20,000 nt of DNA from an uncultured Rhodopirellula sp. (GCA_964007735.1 CAXGAI010000010.1:108570-128569); one strand, 5' to 3'. Positions 10,001-18,805 are shown, counted from the stretch's first letter. Made by a program: numbers and translations. Notes: a model not told the origin generated them from the letters alone.

Positions 10001-11425
10001 GCAATTCTTGATCCAAAGGGACGGGAACTTGAGAAACACCCTGTTCCTGCCGGTTCAATTCTTAGAGTATCTGAGGATGATAAAGTAAAAGCAGGGAAGA
10101 TCCTTTGCGAATGGGATCCTCACAGTATTCCAATTATCGCCGAAGTTGGCGGTAAGGTTCGCTACGAAGACGTTGTGGAAGGTGAAACTCTACGGCTGGA
10201 GAAAGACGCCGGTGGTAGTTTGCGTAAAATGATCATGGATCATAAAGGCGAGTTGCATCCGCAAATCGTTTTAGAAGATTCCGAAGGTCGTCCTCAGGAT
10301 GTATACTATCTGCCGGAAGGTGCTCACATTGAAGTGGAAGAGGGGGATAGCATCAAGGCGGGGGCCATTCTGGCTAAAACTCCTCGTGAAGCTTCTGGGG
10401 TTACCGACATTACTGGTGGTCTTCCGCGGGTTACCGAGATCTTCGAAGCTCGAAAACCAAAGGATCCTTCCGTGATTGCTGAAATCGACGGTGTGGTTGA
10501 AATCCTTGGTGAAAAGAAACGCGGTAAACGTTCCATTATCGTTCGCAATGAAGAAACTGGCGTTGAACGAGAACACCTCGTACCTCCAGGGAAACGCTTT
10601 CTTGTTCATTCGGGTGACATCGTGACGGCCGGTAAAGAACTAGTTGACGGCCCATTAGTCCCTCACGACATCCTGCGAGTTTCGGGTGAAGAAGAAGTTC
10701 AGCGCTATCTGCTTCGTGAGATCCAACAGGTTTACCGAAGTCAGCGTGTGGAAATCAATGATAAGCACATTGAAATCATTGTCGCTCGGATGTTGCGTAA
10801 AATTAAAATCGAAACGGCTGGCGACACAAATCTGCTGGCAGGTATGGTCGTCGATAAATTTGACTTCCGTAAAGCAAACGATGCTGTCAGCAAGTGCTTA
10901 AAAATCAAATCCTCTGGCGACTCCGGATTTGAAGAAGGTGTCATTGTACCTAAAGACGTATTCCAGGAAACCAACGATCAGTTGGAAGCGGAAGGGAAGA
11001 CGCCTGCAAAAGGTACTAAGCCAAAGCCAGCGACCGCCAGTACACAGCTTCTAGGTATCACCAAAGCAGCCGTTCAAAGTTCCAGCTTTATCTCGGCGGC
11101 TAGTTTCCAGGAAACCACTAAAGTGCTTACTGAAGCAGCTTTGTCGAGCAAAGTCGACCGTTTAGTGGGGCTAAAAGAAAACGTTATCCTGGGACACCTA
11201 ATCCCAGCCGGTACCGGATTCCGCAAGTTCCAGGAAAGTGAAGTTCGATATCAGCCAGATGCTCTTCAAGCTATTAGCGAAGAAGCTGAAACAATGGTAA
11301 CTCAGTTCCCACTGCTTCAGGCAGGCGCAGAGATGCTCGGCCAAGCTGAAACACCTGCTCCTTCACTGGAGTCTCTACTTGGCGGTGAAACGGATGCTCC
11401 AAGTACAGAAAATCCTGAAGAATAG
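7079..11425 (+). CDS. rpoC: DNA-directed RNA polymerase subunit beta'
   Basis: Zn-finger CACGKY...CDRC, catalytic [29 protein letters not shown] bridge helix, [16 protein letters not shown] trigger loop. Confidence 0.99.
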
Positions 11426-11446
11426 AATGAGCTGATCGTGGTATAA

Positions 11447-11477
11447 GCTGTTTGCCGTTCCGATGACGGCAAACAGC
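11447..11477 (+). terminator. Strong hairpin after rpoC (12-bp perfect stem, no U-tract)
   Basis: GCTGTTTGCCGT-tccgatg-ACGGCAAACAGC, 21 nt after the rpoC stop. Confidence 0.55.
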
Positions 11478-11614
11478 AGTATCGCTAGTTAACGTAAATT
11501 CACATGATCGCATTCATTTACTGTGATCTAGATAATCCTGATATCCGTGTTGGTGTTAGGTATTTTAGGCAAGGATCGCCGGACAAGTTGTTCTTGAAAA
11601 ACGTCGAATGGGAA

Positions 11615-11653
11615 TTGACAACGATGTCAAAGAGTGTAACTTGAGTAGTTTCC
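11615..11653 (+). promoter_or_regulatory. Putative sigma70-type promoter of the str (rpsL) operon
   Basis: TTGACA (11615-11620), 16-nt spacer, TAACTT (11637-11642); same downstream motif as the rpsJ promoter. Confidence 0.6.
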
Positions 11654-11754
11654 GGGAGTTTTACCGCTCTCAGCAGGGTCGCGCCTTTTTTATGGGCTGG
11701 AAATCCGAACAAATCATAAAACGCAATTAACAAAACGGCTTTTGAAAATACCCC

Positions 11755-12123
11755 ATGCCAACAATTAATCAACTCGTACGTAAACGACGTAAGAAGAAAC
11801 GCAGTAAGTCAAAGGCGCCTGTTTTAGAACGCTGCCCTCAGAAACAGGGTGTTTGCCTTCAGGTTCGCACAATGACGCCGAAAAAACCTAATTCGGCTCT
11901 ACGAAAAATCACGCGTGTTCGCCTTTCTAATGGTAAGGAAGTTACGGTTTACATTCCTGGTGAAGGTCACAATCTACAGGAACACTCGATTGTATTGGTT
12001 CGCGGTGGTCGTGTCCGTGACTTGCCTGGTGTGCGTTATCAGGTTGTTCGTGGTGCTCGCGATACGCTGGGTGTGGACGGACGAAAGCAGTCACGAAGTC
12101 GCTATGGTGTAAAACGTTCCTAG
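11755..12123 (+). CDS. rpsL: 30S ribosomal protein S12
   Basis: [38 protein letters not shown]. Confidence 0.99.
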   Translation: MPTINQLVRKRRKKKRSKSKAPVLERCPQKQGVCLQVRTMTPKKPNSALRKITRVRLSNGKEVTVYIPGEGHNLQEHSIVLVRGGRVRDLPGVRYQVVRGARDTLGVDGRKQSRSRYGVKRS

Positions 12124-12185
12124 CATCAGTCGACCGATAGTAGTTTTTTTTAGCCAACGAAAAAAGAGTTAAGAGATAATCCAAG

Positions 12186-12656
12186 ATGGGTAAAATTACC
12201 GCAAGTAAAAAGCAGTTGAAGCCTGATCCAAGGTTCAATTCTCTGCTAGCCAGTAAATTCATCAACTGCCTGATGCTCGATGGCAAAAAGACCGTTGCCC
12301 AGAACGTGTTTTATTCAGCACTCGAAGAAATCAGTACGCGAGTCACGGATGCTGAGCCATTGGATGTATTCACCGAAGCCGTAGAAAATGTAAAGCCACA
12401 CCTCGAAGTTCGCTCAAAGCGAGTTGGTGGTGCTGCTTATCAGGTTCCAATGCAAGTCAACCGTAACCGTCAGCAGGCTTTAGCTTTCCGTTGGATCCTA
12501 ATGGCGGTTCGTGAAAAGAAAGGGCGTCAAACCCATCTCAAGTTGGCCGACGAGTTGGTAGCCGCTTATAAGAAAGAAGGCGCAGCCATCACCCGTCGTG
12601 AAAATGTTCACCGCATGGCTGAAGCAAATAAAGCTTTTGCTCACTTTGCCTGGTAA
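12186..12656 (+). CDS. rpsG: 30S ribosomal protein S7
   Basis: [37 protein letters not shown]. Confidence 0.99.
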   Translation: MGKITASKKQLKPDPRFNSLLASKFINCLMLDGKKTVAQNVFYSALEEISTRVTDAEPLDVFTEAVENVKPHLEVRSKRVGGAAYQVPMQVNRNRQQALAFRWILMAVREKKGRQTHLKLADELVAAYKKEGAAITRRENVHRMAEANKAFAHFAW

Positions 12657-12673
12657 GCATGCTAATTCGAATC

Positions 12674-12710
12674 AAGCCGCGTTTGTCGAATCCGTCACGC
12701 GGCTTTTTTT
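12674..12710 (+). terminator. Rho-independent terminator between rpsG and fusA
   Basis: AAGCCGCGT / ACGCGGCTT perfect 9-bp inverted repeat (14-nt loop) running into a T7 tract. Confidence 0.75.
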
Positions 12711-12771
12711 ATGCTCTCAGCTAAAGCCGTGCACAAACTTTTTCTCCTTCCGTTAAATCAGAGTCACGATC

Positions 12772-14871
12772 ATGTCTCGTCAAATCGACAAACTTCGCAA
12801 CATCGGAATCATTGCCCATATCGATGCGGGAAAGACGACTGTAACCGAACGAATGCTGTTCTACAGTGGTGCTAAACACCGGGTCGGGATGGTTGATAAA
12901 GGAACGACGGCGACGGACGACGATCCGGAAGAACAGGAGCGGGGGATCACAATCTACTCAGCCTGTGTCACATTTAACTGGAAAGATATCCATATCAATC
13001 TGCTTGACACTCCCGGTCACGTCGATTTCACAGCAGAAGTGGAGCGTTGTTTGAGAGTGCTGGATGGAGCCGTTGTCGTCTTTAGTGCTCGTGAGGGTGT
13101 CGAAGCTCAAAGTGAAACGGTTTGGCGTCAGGCTGATAAATATGGTGTGCCCCGCGTGGCTTTCATCAATAAAATGGATCGTGAAGGTGCCGATTTTGAA
13201 CATGTATTCAATGAAATCGAAAACCGCTTGCAAGCTAATACTGTCGCTATTCAGGTTCCTGTCGGAGCGGGACCTGCTCATGTCGATGAACCATTTTCCG
13301 GTGTGCTCGATCTGATTCGTCTGAAAATGCTGCGATTTGAGTCGGCATCCGAAGGGGCTGATATCAGTGAATCTGACATTCCCGAAGAACATATAGCTCT
13401 CGCTCAGCTTTGGCGAGAAACCATGCTCGAAAAACTTGCTGAATACAGTGACGAACTGATGGAATTACTGTTGATGGAAGAAGATGTTCCCGAGCAACTG
13501 ATCCATCAGGTCATTCGTAAAGCGACGATCGATCGATCCATTCAACCTGTCATGTGCGGTTCAGCCCTGCATGGTATCGGTGTTCAGCCTGTACTCGACG
13601 CAGTCCAGTACTACCTGCCCAGCCCCCAGGAGCGGCCTCCTGTCGAAGGTGAAGCTGTAGGAAAAGGCAAAAAAAGCGAAAAAGGCACAATCTCTCGTAA
13701 GCCGGAAGCAGGTGAGCCTTTCTGTGGATTGGTATTTAAAGTAATTCCTGCCAAAACCGGGGATATCTCATGGGTGCGGGTTTATTCAGGACAGCTTAAA
13801 GCGAACTCGCGTGTTTATAACCCGGGTAAAGACAAGAAAGATAATGTCGCTCAGTTGTGGCAAATCCATGCCACTCGGAAAGACCCCCAAGGGCAGGTTG
13901 ATTCGGTGGAAACCGGTGATATTGTTGGAATCATTGGTCTGCGGCATAGCATCACGGGCGACACGTTATGTGAAGCAGGTAGTCCGATTTTGCTTGAAAC
14001 GATCGAGTTTCCTGAAACGGTTATTTCGATGGCTATTGAGCCTGAGAACACGACTGAACGAGATAAGCTGGAAACCACGTTAGAAATGTTGCTTCGTCAG
14101 GATCCAACACTGGAAGTGATTAGCGGGGAGACTGGGCAGACACTTATGCGAGGCATGGGTGAATTACATTTGGAGGTCATCAAGAATCGCTTGCTACGCG
14201 AATTCAATCTAAACGTTCGCTTTCATAAACCGCAGGTCAGTTACCGTGAAACCATCCAGCAATCGATTGAGGTAATTGGTGAGTGCAATCGTCTGATCAA
14301 TGGAGCACAAAAGTTTGCTCGCGTAAAATTACGACTTGAACCGGATGAAAAGGTGACTCAGGGTGTAGCAATCATGAATCAAATGACTCCGGAGACGTTA
14401 GGAGCAGAACTACTCGAAGTTACGTTTGATGAGTTGCGCAATTGTGCATCTGGCGGCGGAGCGATTGCCGGATTTCCTCTAATGAGGCTTAAAGCAACGG
14501 TATTAGATGCCGAAACAGCAGAAGAAGGATCAGATGACATTGCATTTCGTATTGCAGCCTCCAATGCGTTTGAGCAAGGGCTTCAAAATGGAAAACCTGT
14601 CCTGCTTGAGCCGATTATGCGGTTGTCAATCACAACCCCTGAAGACTATCTCGGAGATTTTGTCGGGGATTTGCAAATGCGTAGGGCTACTATTGTATCT
14701 ACAGATCCACGTGGAGACCGGACAGATATCATTGCTCATGCACCCATGAAGGAATTGTTTGGGTATTCAAGTGCGATGCGAAGCTTAAGTCAGGGTAGAG
14801 CTGGTTGCAGTATTGAGCCATTGCAATATAGCCCGGCACCCTCCGAGGATATTGCCGAACTTGGTTTCTAA
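12772..14871 (+). CDS. fusA: Elongation factor G family GTPase, divergent (spdEFG2/recycling-type-like)
   Basis: G1 AHIDAGKT, G2 RGIT, G3 DTPG, G4 NKMD, G5 GSAL, GMGELHLE, PQVSYRET, LLEPIM, LRS/MRSLSQGRA; str operon position; domain IV tip motifs degenerate. Confidence 0.92.
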   Translation: MSRQIDKLRNIGIIAHIDAGKTTVTERMLFYSGAKHRVGMVDKGTTATDDDPEEQERGITIYSACVTFNWKDIHINLLDTPGHVDFTAEVERCLRVLDGAVVVFSAREGVEAQSETVWRQADKYGVPRVAFINKMDREGADFEHVFNEIENRLQANTVAIQVPVGAGPAHVDEPFSGVLDLIRLKMLRFESASEGADISESDIPEEHIALAQLWRETMLEKLAEYSDELMELLLMEEDVPEQLIHQVIRKATIDRSIQPVMCGSALHGIGVQPVLDAVQYYLPSPQERPPVEGEAVGKGKKSEKGTISRKPEAGEPFCGLVFKVIPAKTGDISWVRVYSGQLKANSRVYNPGKDKKDNVAQLWQIHATRKDPQGQVDSVETGDIVGIIGLRHSITGDTLCEAGSPILLETIEFPETVISMAIEPENTTERDKLETTLEMLLRQDPTLEVISGETGQTLMRGMGELHLEVIKNRLLREFNLNVRFHKPQVSYRETIQQSIEVIGECNRLINGAQKFARVKLRLEPDEKVTQGVAIMNQMTPETLGAELLEVTFDELRNCASGGGAIAGFPLMRLKATVLDAETAEEGSDDIAFRIAASNAFEQGLQNGKPVLLEPIMRLSITTPEDYLGDFVGDLQMRRATIVSTDPRGDRTDIIAHAPMKELFGYSSAMRSLSQGRAGCSIEPLQYSPAPSEDIAELGF

Positions 14872-14877
14872 TGCTCA

Positions 14878-14922
14878 TTAGGCAGTTTTGAGGTGGAAAG
14901 CTATTGCCTAAGGCTGGTTTTT
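14878..14922 (+). terminator. Hairpin after fusA (possible terminator)
   Basis: TTAGGCAGT ... ATTGCCTAA (9 bp, one G-U), with TTTTT 6 nt downstream. Confidence 0.45.
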
Positions 14923-15028
14923 CACCCAGGTAAAAAAGTGACGCTAGGATACTTGTGAACGATGGAGACCGGCTTAAAACCCCGTTTTACTATTCGAATT
15001 TTTTTGGGGTTTTTTGAAAATCTCGCTG

Positions 15029-15068
15029 TTGACGATCTCCCGATACGGACGTAACTTAGACTGTTTCC
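15029..15068 (+). promoter_or_regulatory. Putative sigma70-type promoter of the S10 operon
   Basis: TTGACG (15029-15034), 17-nt spacer, TAACTT (15052-15057); AT-rich tract upstream. Confidence 0.65.
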
Positions 15069-15318
15069 CCACCTAACATTATTGTGACCTGTTTAGGGCA
15101 CTTATTTTTTCAGGCCGAGACGGTTTGGTAAGTGTGTTAACAGCGATTGGCAATTGGGTGCCTTCTGCTTCACGGCAGAAGAACTTTCGAGGCGCTGACA
15201 ATGGATGTCGCTTTGCCTTAAGGGGTGTTTTACGCCCTGGCATAGCTGAAGGCTGTTAGTGCTGAGTGTAGACATATGTTTATTGGACCTTATTAAACTC
15301 ATTAGGGAGTTTTACATT

Positions 15319-15642
15319 TTGGCAAAGAAAACTGAAGTCCTCCGCATACGAATGGAAGCTTACGATCATGCGATTCTGGATCAGAGCGCTCTTGATATCG
15401 TAGACACAGCCAAGCGAACCCACTCGGAAGTGCACGGCCCGATTCCATTGCCAACTCGTATTGAGCGATATACGGTTCTCCGCAGTCCTCACGTAAACAA
15501 GAAGTCACGGCAGCAGTTTGAAATTCGTACTCACAAACGGATCATCGACATTGTCGAAGCGACCGGTGGTACGATTGAAGCTCTAAACAAGCTCAACCTG
15601 CCAGCAGGTGTCGAGGTAAAAATTAAAGCGACGACCCGTTAA
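15319..15642 (+). CDS. rpsJ: 30S ribosomal protein S10 (TTG start inferred)
   Basis: [50 protein letters not shown] at 15304-15309 precedes the in-frame TTG at 15319. Confidence 0.96.
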   Translation: MAKKTEVLRIRMEAYDHAILDQSALDIVDTAKRTHSEVHGPIPLPTRIERYTVLRSPHVNKKSRQQFEIRTHKRIIDIVEATGGTIEALNKLNLPAGVEVKIKATTR

Positions 15643-15809
15643 GAACTAGCGGGTGAGGCGCAGGGGTTGTTTGGTGATGAGTTGTCATCAGACGGATAAA
15701 AGCCAAGAGACAAACCAATTATATGAATGGAAGTCCGTCAGGTAACTTCCTCCCACGAGAAAGACTCGCGGGGCAGTCCTGATCGACAAAGACCACGAGG
15801 CAAATTGCG

Positions 15810-16526
15810 ATGACCAAGGGAATACTAGGCCGTAAGGTCGGTATGACGCAGATTTATGATGAGCAGGGCAATGCTGTCCCTGTCACAGTGATTGAGGCAG
15901 GTCCTTGTCACGTTCTGCAGATTCGGACGATTGACCGAGACGGTTATGAAGCTGTTCAACTCGGCTTTGATGACAAGAAGCGTCCTCAGGGCAAGCGAAT
16001 AAACCAAAGTCAGGCTCGTCGCAGTGAGCGTGGTCATGTCAGTGGCAAGCTAGGCAGTAAACGCAGTGAACGCCGTGCTGCATCTGGAATTGAAGCCGTT
16101 GTTAAGGCTGAATGTGAGCCTAAGAAATTTGTACGTGAATTACGCGGTTCGGCGGAAGGCTATGAAGTCGGGCAGGAAGTCACCGTAGCAAATCTGGCAG
16201 AGGTTGTTAGTGTTGACGTTCAGGCGACCAGTAAGGGTCGCGGTTTTGCTGGTGTTATGAAGCGACATAACTTCTCAGGGCAGCGAGCCACGCATGGTGT
16301 GAAGAAGGTCCACCGTCACGCTGGTGGTACCGGCATGAGCGCTTCTCCCAGTCGTTTGTTCAAAGGAAAACGCATGGCTGGTCAGTATGGCTCAAAACAA
16401 ACCACCAATCGAAACCTAAAACTTGTTCGGGTGGATGAAGACAATAACCTGTTGTTGGTAAAGGGAAGTGTACCCGGGCCAAACGGTGGATACGTGGTTG
16501 TCAATGAAACAAACCACGTTGGTTAG
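15810..16526 (+). CDS. rplC: 50S ribosomal protein L3
   Basis: GILGRKVGMTQ, PVTVIEAGP, DGYEAVQLG, SKGRGFAGVMKRH, KGSVPGPNG; GAGG RBS. Confidence 0.98.
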   Translation: MTKGILGRKVGMTQIYDEQGNAVPVTVIEAGPCHVLQIRTIDRDGYEAVQLGFDDKKRPQGKRINQSQARRSERGHVSGKLGSKRSERRAASGIEAVVKAECEPKKFVRELRGSAEGYEVGQEVTVANLAEVVSVDVQATSKGRGFAGVMKRHNFSGQRATHGVKKVHRHAGGTGMSASPSRLFKGKRMAGQYGSKQTTNRNLKLVRVDEDNNLLLVKGSVPGPNGGYVVVNETNHVG

Positions 16527-16567
16527 TGAAAGTCAATAAAAGAAAAGCTCCTTTAGGGCATATAACA

Positions 16568-17194
16568 ATGGCAACCTTAGACGTATACAACTTGTCCGGC
16601 GATGTTACCGGCAGCATTGAAATTGACACGGAGAAACTTCCGTCAATCAACAAGCAATTGCTACACGACGTTGTTGTGATGTATCAAAACAATTTGCGGC
16701 AGGGCAGTGCCAAAACGAAGACTCGTGCTGAAGTTGCCGGTTCACGTCGTAAGATGTACCGCCAGAAGGGTACGGGAAATGCCCGTGCCGGTCACCGCAC
16801 TAGTGGTGTCCGCCGTGGTGGTGGGCACATTTTTGCCAAAGCGCCTCGCAATTTTTACTACCGCCTGCCTTCCAAGGCAATTCGTAAAGCAACTCGCATG
16901 GCACTTGCCTCAAAAATCAATGACAACGAAATTGTCGTGGTGGATGGGCTAAGTCTGGAATCTCCTAAAACTAAAGAGATTACAGGGCTGATCAGCAACT
17001 TAAATCTTTGTGGTAAAAGTGCTTTGATCACCACCGCAGAGAATGACACGAATATTTACAAGAGTGCTCGCAATATCCAGCGAGTGGATGTCTCCACTCT
17101 GGACAACCTGAACGCCCTTAGCGTTTTGAAAGTAGATGCACTTGTTATGACTAGGGAAGCGGTCGAAGCACTAAACGCAAAGTTAAATGCCTAA
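16568..17194 (+). CDS. rplD: 50S ribosomal protein L4 (ATG 16568 preferred start)
   Basis: RQGSAKTKTRAEVAG, RQKGTGNARAG, RGGG, PKTK, SARNI. Confidence 0.97.
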   Translation: MATLDVYNLSGDVTGSIEIDTEKLPSINKQLLHDVVVMYQNNLRQGSAKTKTRAEVAGSRRKMYRQKGTGNARAGHRTSGVRRGGGHIFAKAPRNFYYRLPSKAIRKATRMALASKINDNEIVVVDGLSLESPKTKEITGLISNLNLCGKSALITTAENDTNIYKSARNIQRVDVSTLDNLNALSVLKVDALVMTREAVEALNAKLNA

Positions 17195-17244
17195 CACGCT
17201 TCCTTTTAATTGAAAAACAAAAGCCTTAAACAACAGGTTTAACA

Positions 17245-17577
17245 ATGGCTCAATCCGGTATTCAAAATCGACAACCCAAATCTCGGCTCACTTTAGAGCC
17301 GCATCAGGTTATCCTGCGTCCGCTGGTAACTGAGAAGGGAATTCACCGCAGTACGCGTCATCATCAGTATGCTTTCGAGGTTAATCCTCTGGCAGATAAG
17401 ATTATGGTTCGTGAAGCGATTGAAGCGTTGTACCCCAATGTTGTTGTCACGAAAGTAGCGACGCAGAACCGCAAGGGAAAAGCTCGCCGTTATCGTTACC
17501 GCATGGGTAAAACTAAGAACTGGAAGAAAGCAATTGTTTCGTTGGATCCAAATCACGGAGAAATTGAATTCTTTTAA
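17245..17577 (+). CDS. rplW: 50S ribosomal protein L23
   Basis: ILRPLVTEK, YAFEV, KGKARR, WKKAIVSL; synteny. Confidence 0.96.
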   Translation: MAQSGIQNRQPKSRLTLEPHQVILRPLVTEKGIHRSTRHHQYAFEVNPLADKIMVREAIEALYPNVVVTKVATQNRKGKARRYRYRMGKTKNWKKAIVSLDPNHGEIEFF

Positions 17578-17650
17578 TGGTTAGTAATTCCGGGACTGAT
17601 TGGGATGTCCTTTTTTACAAGCCTGAGATTGAGAGAATTGAGAAATAGAC

Positions 17651-18508
17651 ATGGGTATTCGACATTACAAGCCGATAACACCAGGACGTCGTGGTGCTAC
17701 CGTTAGTGACTTTAAGGATCTAACGCCAGGATATGAAGTAGAGAAATCTTTACTTCGTCCTATCACAAAAAATGGTGGTCGTAACAATCAGGGTAAGATT
17801 ACCGCTCGCCATCGCGGTGGTGGTCACAAGCGTCGTTTTCGGGTGATTGACTTCAAGCGGTATAAGGATGGTGTGGAAGCTCGTGTGGATTCCATTCAGT
17901 ATGATCCTAATCGCAGTGCTCGCATTGCCCTATTGAAATACACCGATGGTGAGAAGCGATATATTGTTGCTCCGGATGGTTTAACTGCAGGGATGACAGT
18001 CGTCAGTGGTGACTCTGTTGAGCCTAAAGTTGGCAACTGTATGCAGCTCAAGAATATTCCGACCGGAATGGCCGTTCACAATATCGAGTTGTATCCGGGG
18101 CGTGGTGCAACGATGTGCCGCAGTGCCGGAACAAGTGCTGTCCTGATGGCTCGAGAGGGAACGTGGGCTCAATTGTCATTACCAAGCGGTGAAATTCGTC
18201 GTGTGCCAATTAAGTGCCGTGCTGTAATCGGCAAGGTCGGCAATGGAGACCATAATGCAATTGTGCTTGGCAAGGCTGGTCGTAAGCGTTGGTTAGGCCG
18301 CCGTCCTCACGTTCGTGGTACGGCAATGAATCCAATTGATCATCCGCACGGTGGAGGTGAAGGCCGAACTAAAGGAGGTCGTCATCCTGTGAGTCCAACA
18401 GGTGTTCCAGCCAAGGGTGGTGCAACACGTAAGCGTCGTAAACCATCGAACGCTTCAATCGTCCGTCGTCGACGTTCACGTCGTTACGGTCAACTGAAAC
18501 TAAAATAG
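17651..18508 (+). CDS. rplB: 50S ribosomal protein L2
   Basis: [41 protein letters not shown]. Confidence 0.99.
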   Translation: MGIRHYKPITPGRRGATVSDFKDLTPGYEVEKSLLRPITKNGGRNNQGKITARHRGGGHKRRFRVIDFKRYKDGVEARVDSIQYDPNRSARIALLKYTDGEKRYIVAPDGLTAGMTVVSGDSVEPKVGNCMQLKNIPTGMAVHNIELYPGRGATMCRSAGTSAVLMAREGTWAQLSLPSGEIRRVPIKCRAVIGKVGNGDHNAIVLGKAGRKRWLGRRPHVRGTAMNPIDHPHGGGEGRTKGGRHPVSPTGVPAKGGATRKRRKPSNASIVRRRRSRRYGQLKLK

Positions 18509-18547
18509 TACTCGTTGTAGTATTTAACAAACCATAGAAGGTCAACC

Positions 18548-18805
18548 ATGAGTAGATCTCTGAAAAAAGGTCCTTTCGTAGATTTTAAGACGTTTCGCAA
18601 AGTAGAGCGTCAAATTGAGGAAGGGATTAACAAGCCTATACAAACCTGGGCTCGTGCCTGCACGATTGTTCCTGAGTTTGTTGGCTTCACTTTTTTAGTC
18701 CATAACGGTCGCCAACACATGGAAGTTCATATCACTGAAGATATGGTCGGACACAAGTTGGGTGAATTCGCTCCCACGCGAACATTCAAAGGCCATAAAG
18801 GCTAA
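18548..18805 (+). CDS. rpsS: 30S ribosomal protein S19
   Basis: [32 protein letters not shown]. Confidence 0.98.
   Translation: MSRSLKKGPFVDFKTFRKVERQIEEGINKPIQTWARACTIVPEFVGFTFLVHNGRQHMEVHITEDMVGHKLGEFAPTRTFKGHKG

Noticed and set aside
3271..11425. Possible inteins, introns, frameshifts or an rpoB-rpoC fusion
   Set aside because: Both ORFs are continuous, of ordinary length and separately terminated; no intein splice or homing-endonuclease motifs seen
3355..14749. Numerous antisense and out-of-frame ORFs inside rpoB, rpoC, rpsL and fusA
   Set aside because: Fully nested in conserved essential genes and explained by codon bias; no independent motifs
15259..15318. Longer GTG-initiated N-terminus of rpsJ given by the ORF track
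   Set aside because: The extension is not S10-like; an SD precedes the TTG at 15319, which gives a normal S10 length
16526..16567. GTG start of rplD overlapping the rplC stop
   Set aside because: L4 homology begins at MATLDVYN (ATG 16568); the upstream 14 codons look like spacer, although a coupled start cannot be fully excluded
17592..17616. GGGAC..GTCC followed by T6 between rplW and rplB
   Set aside because: Only a 4-5 bp stem with a 10-nt loop; too weak to call a terminator
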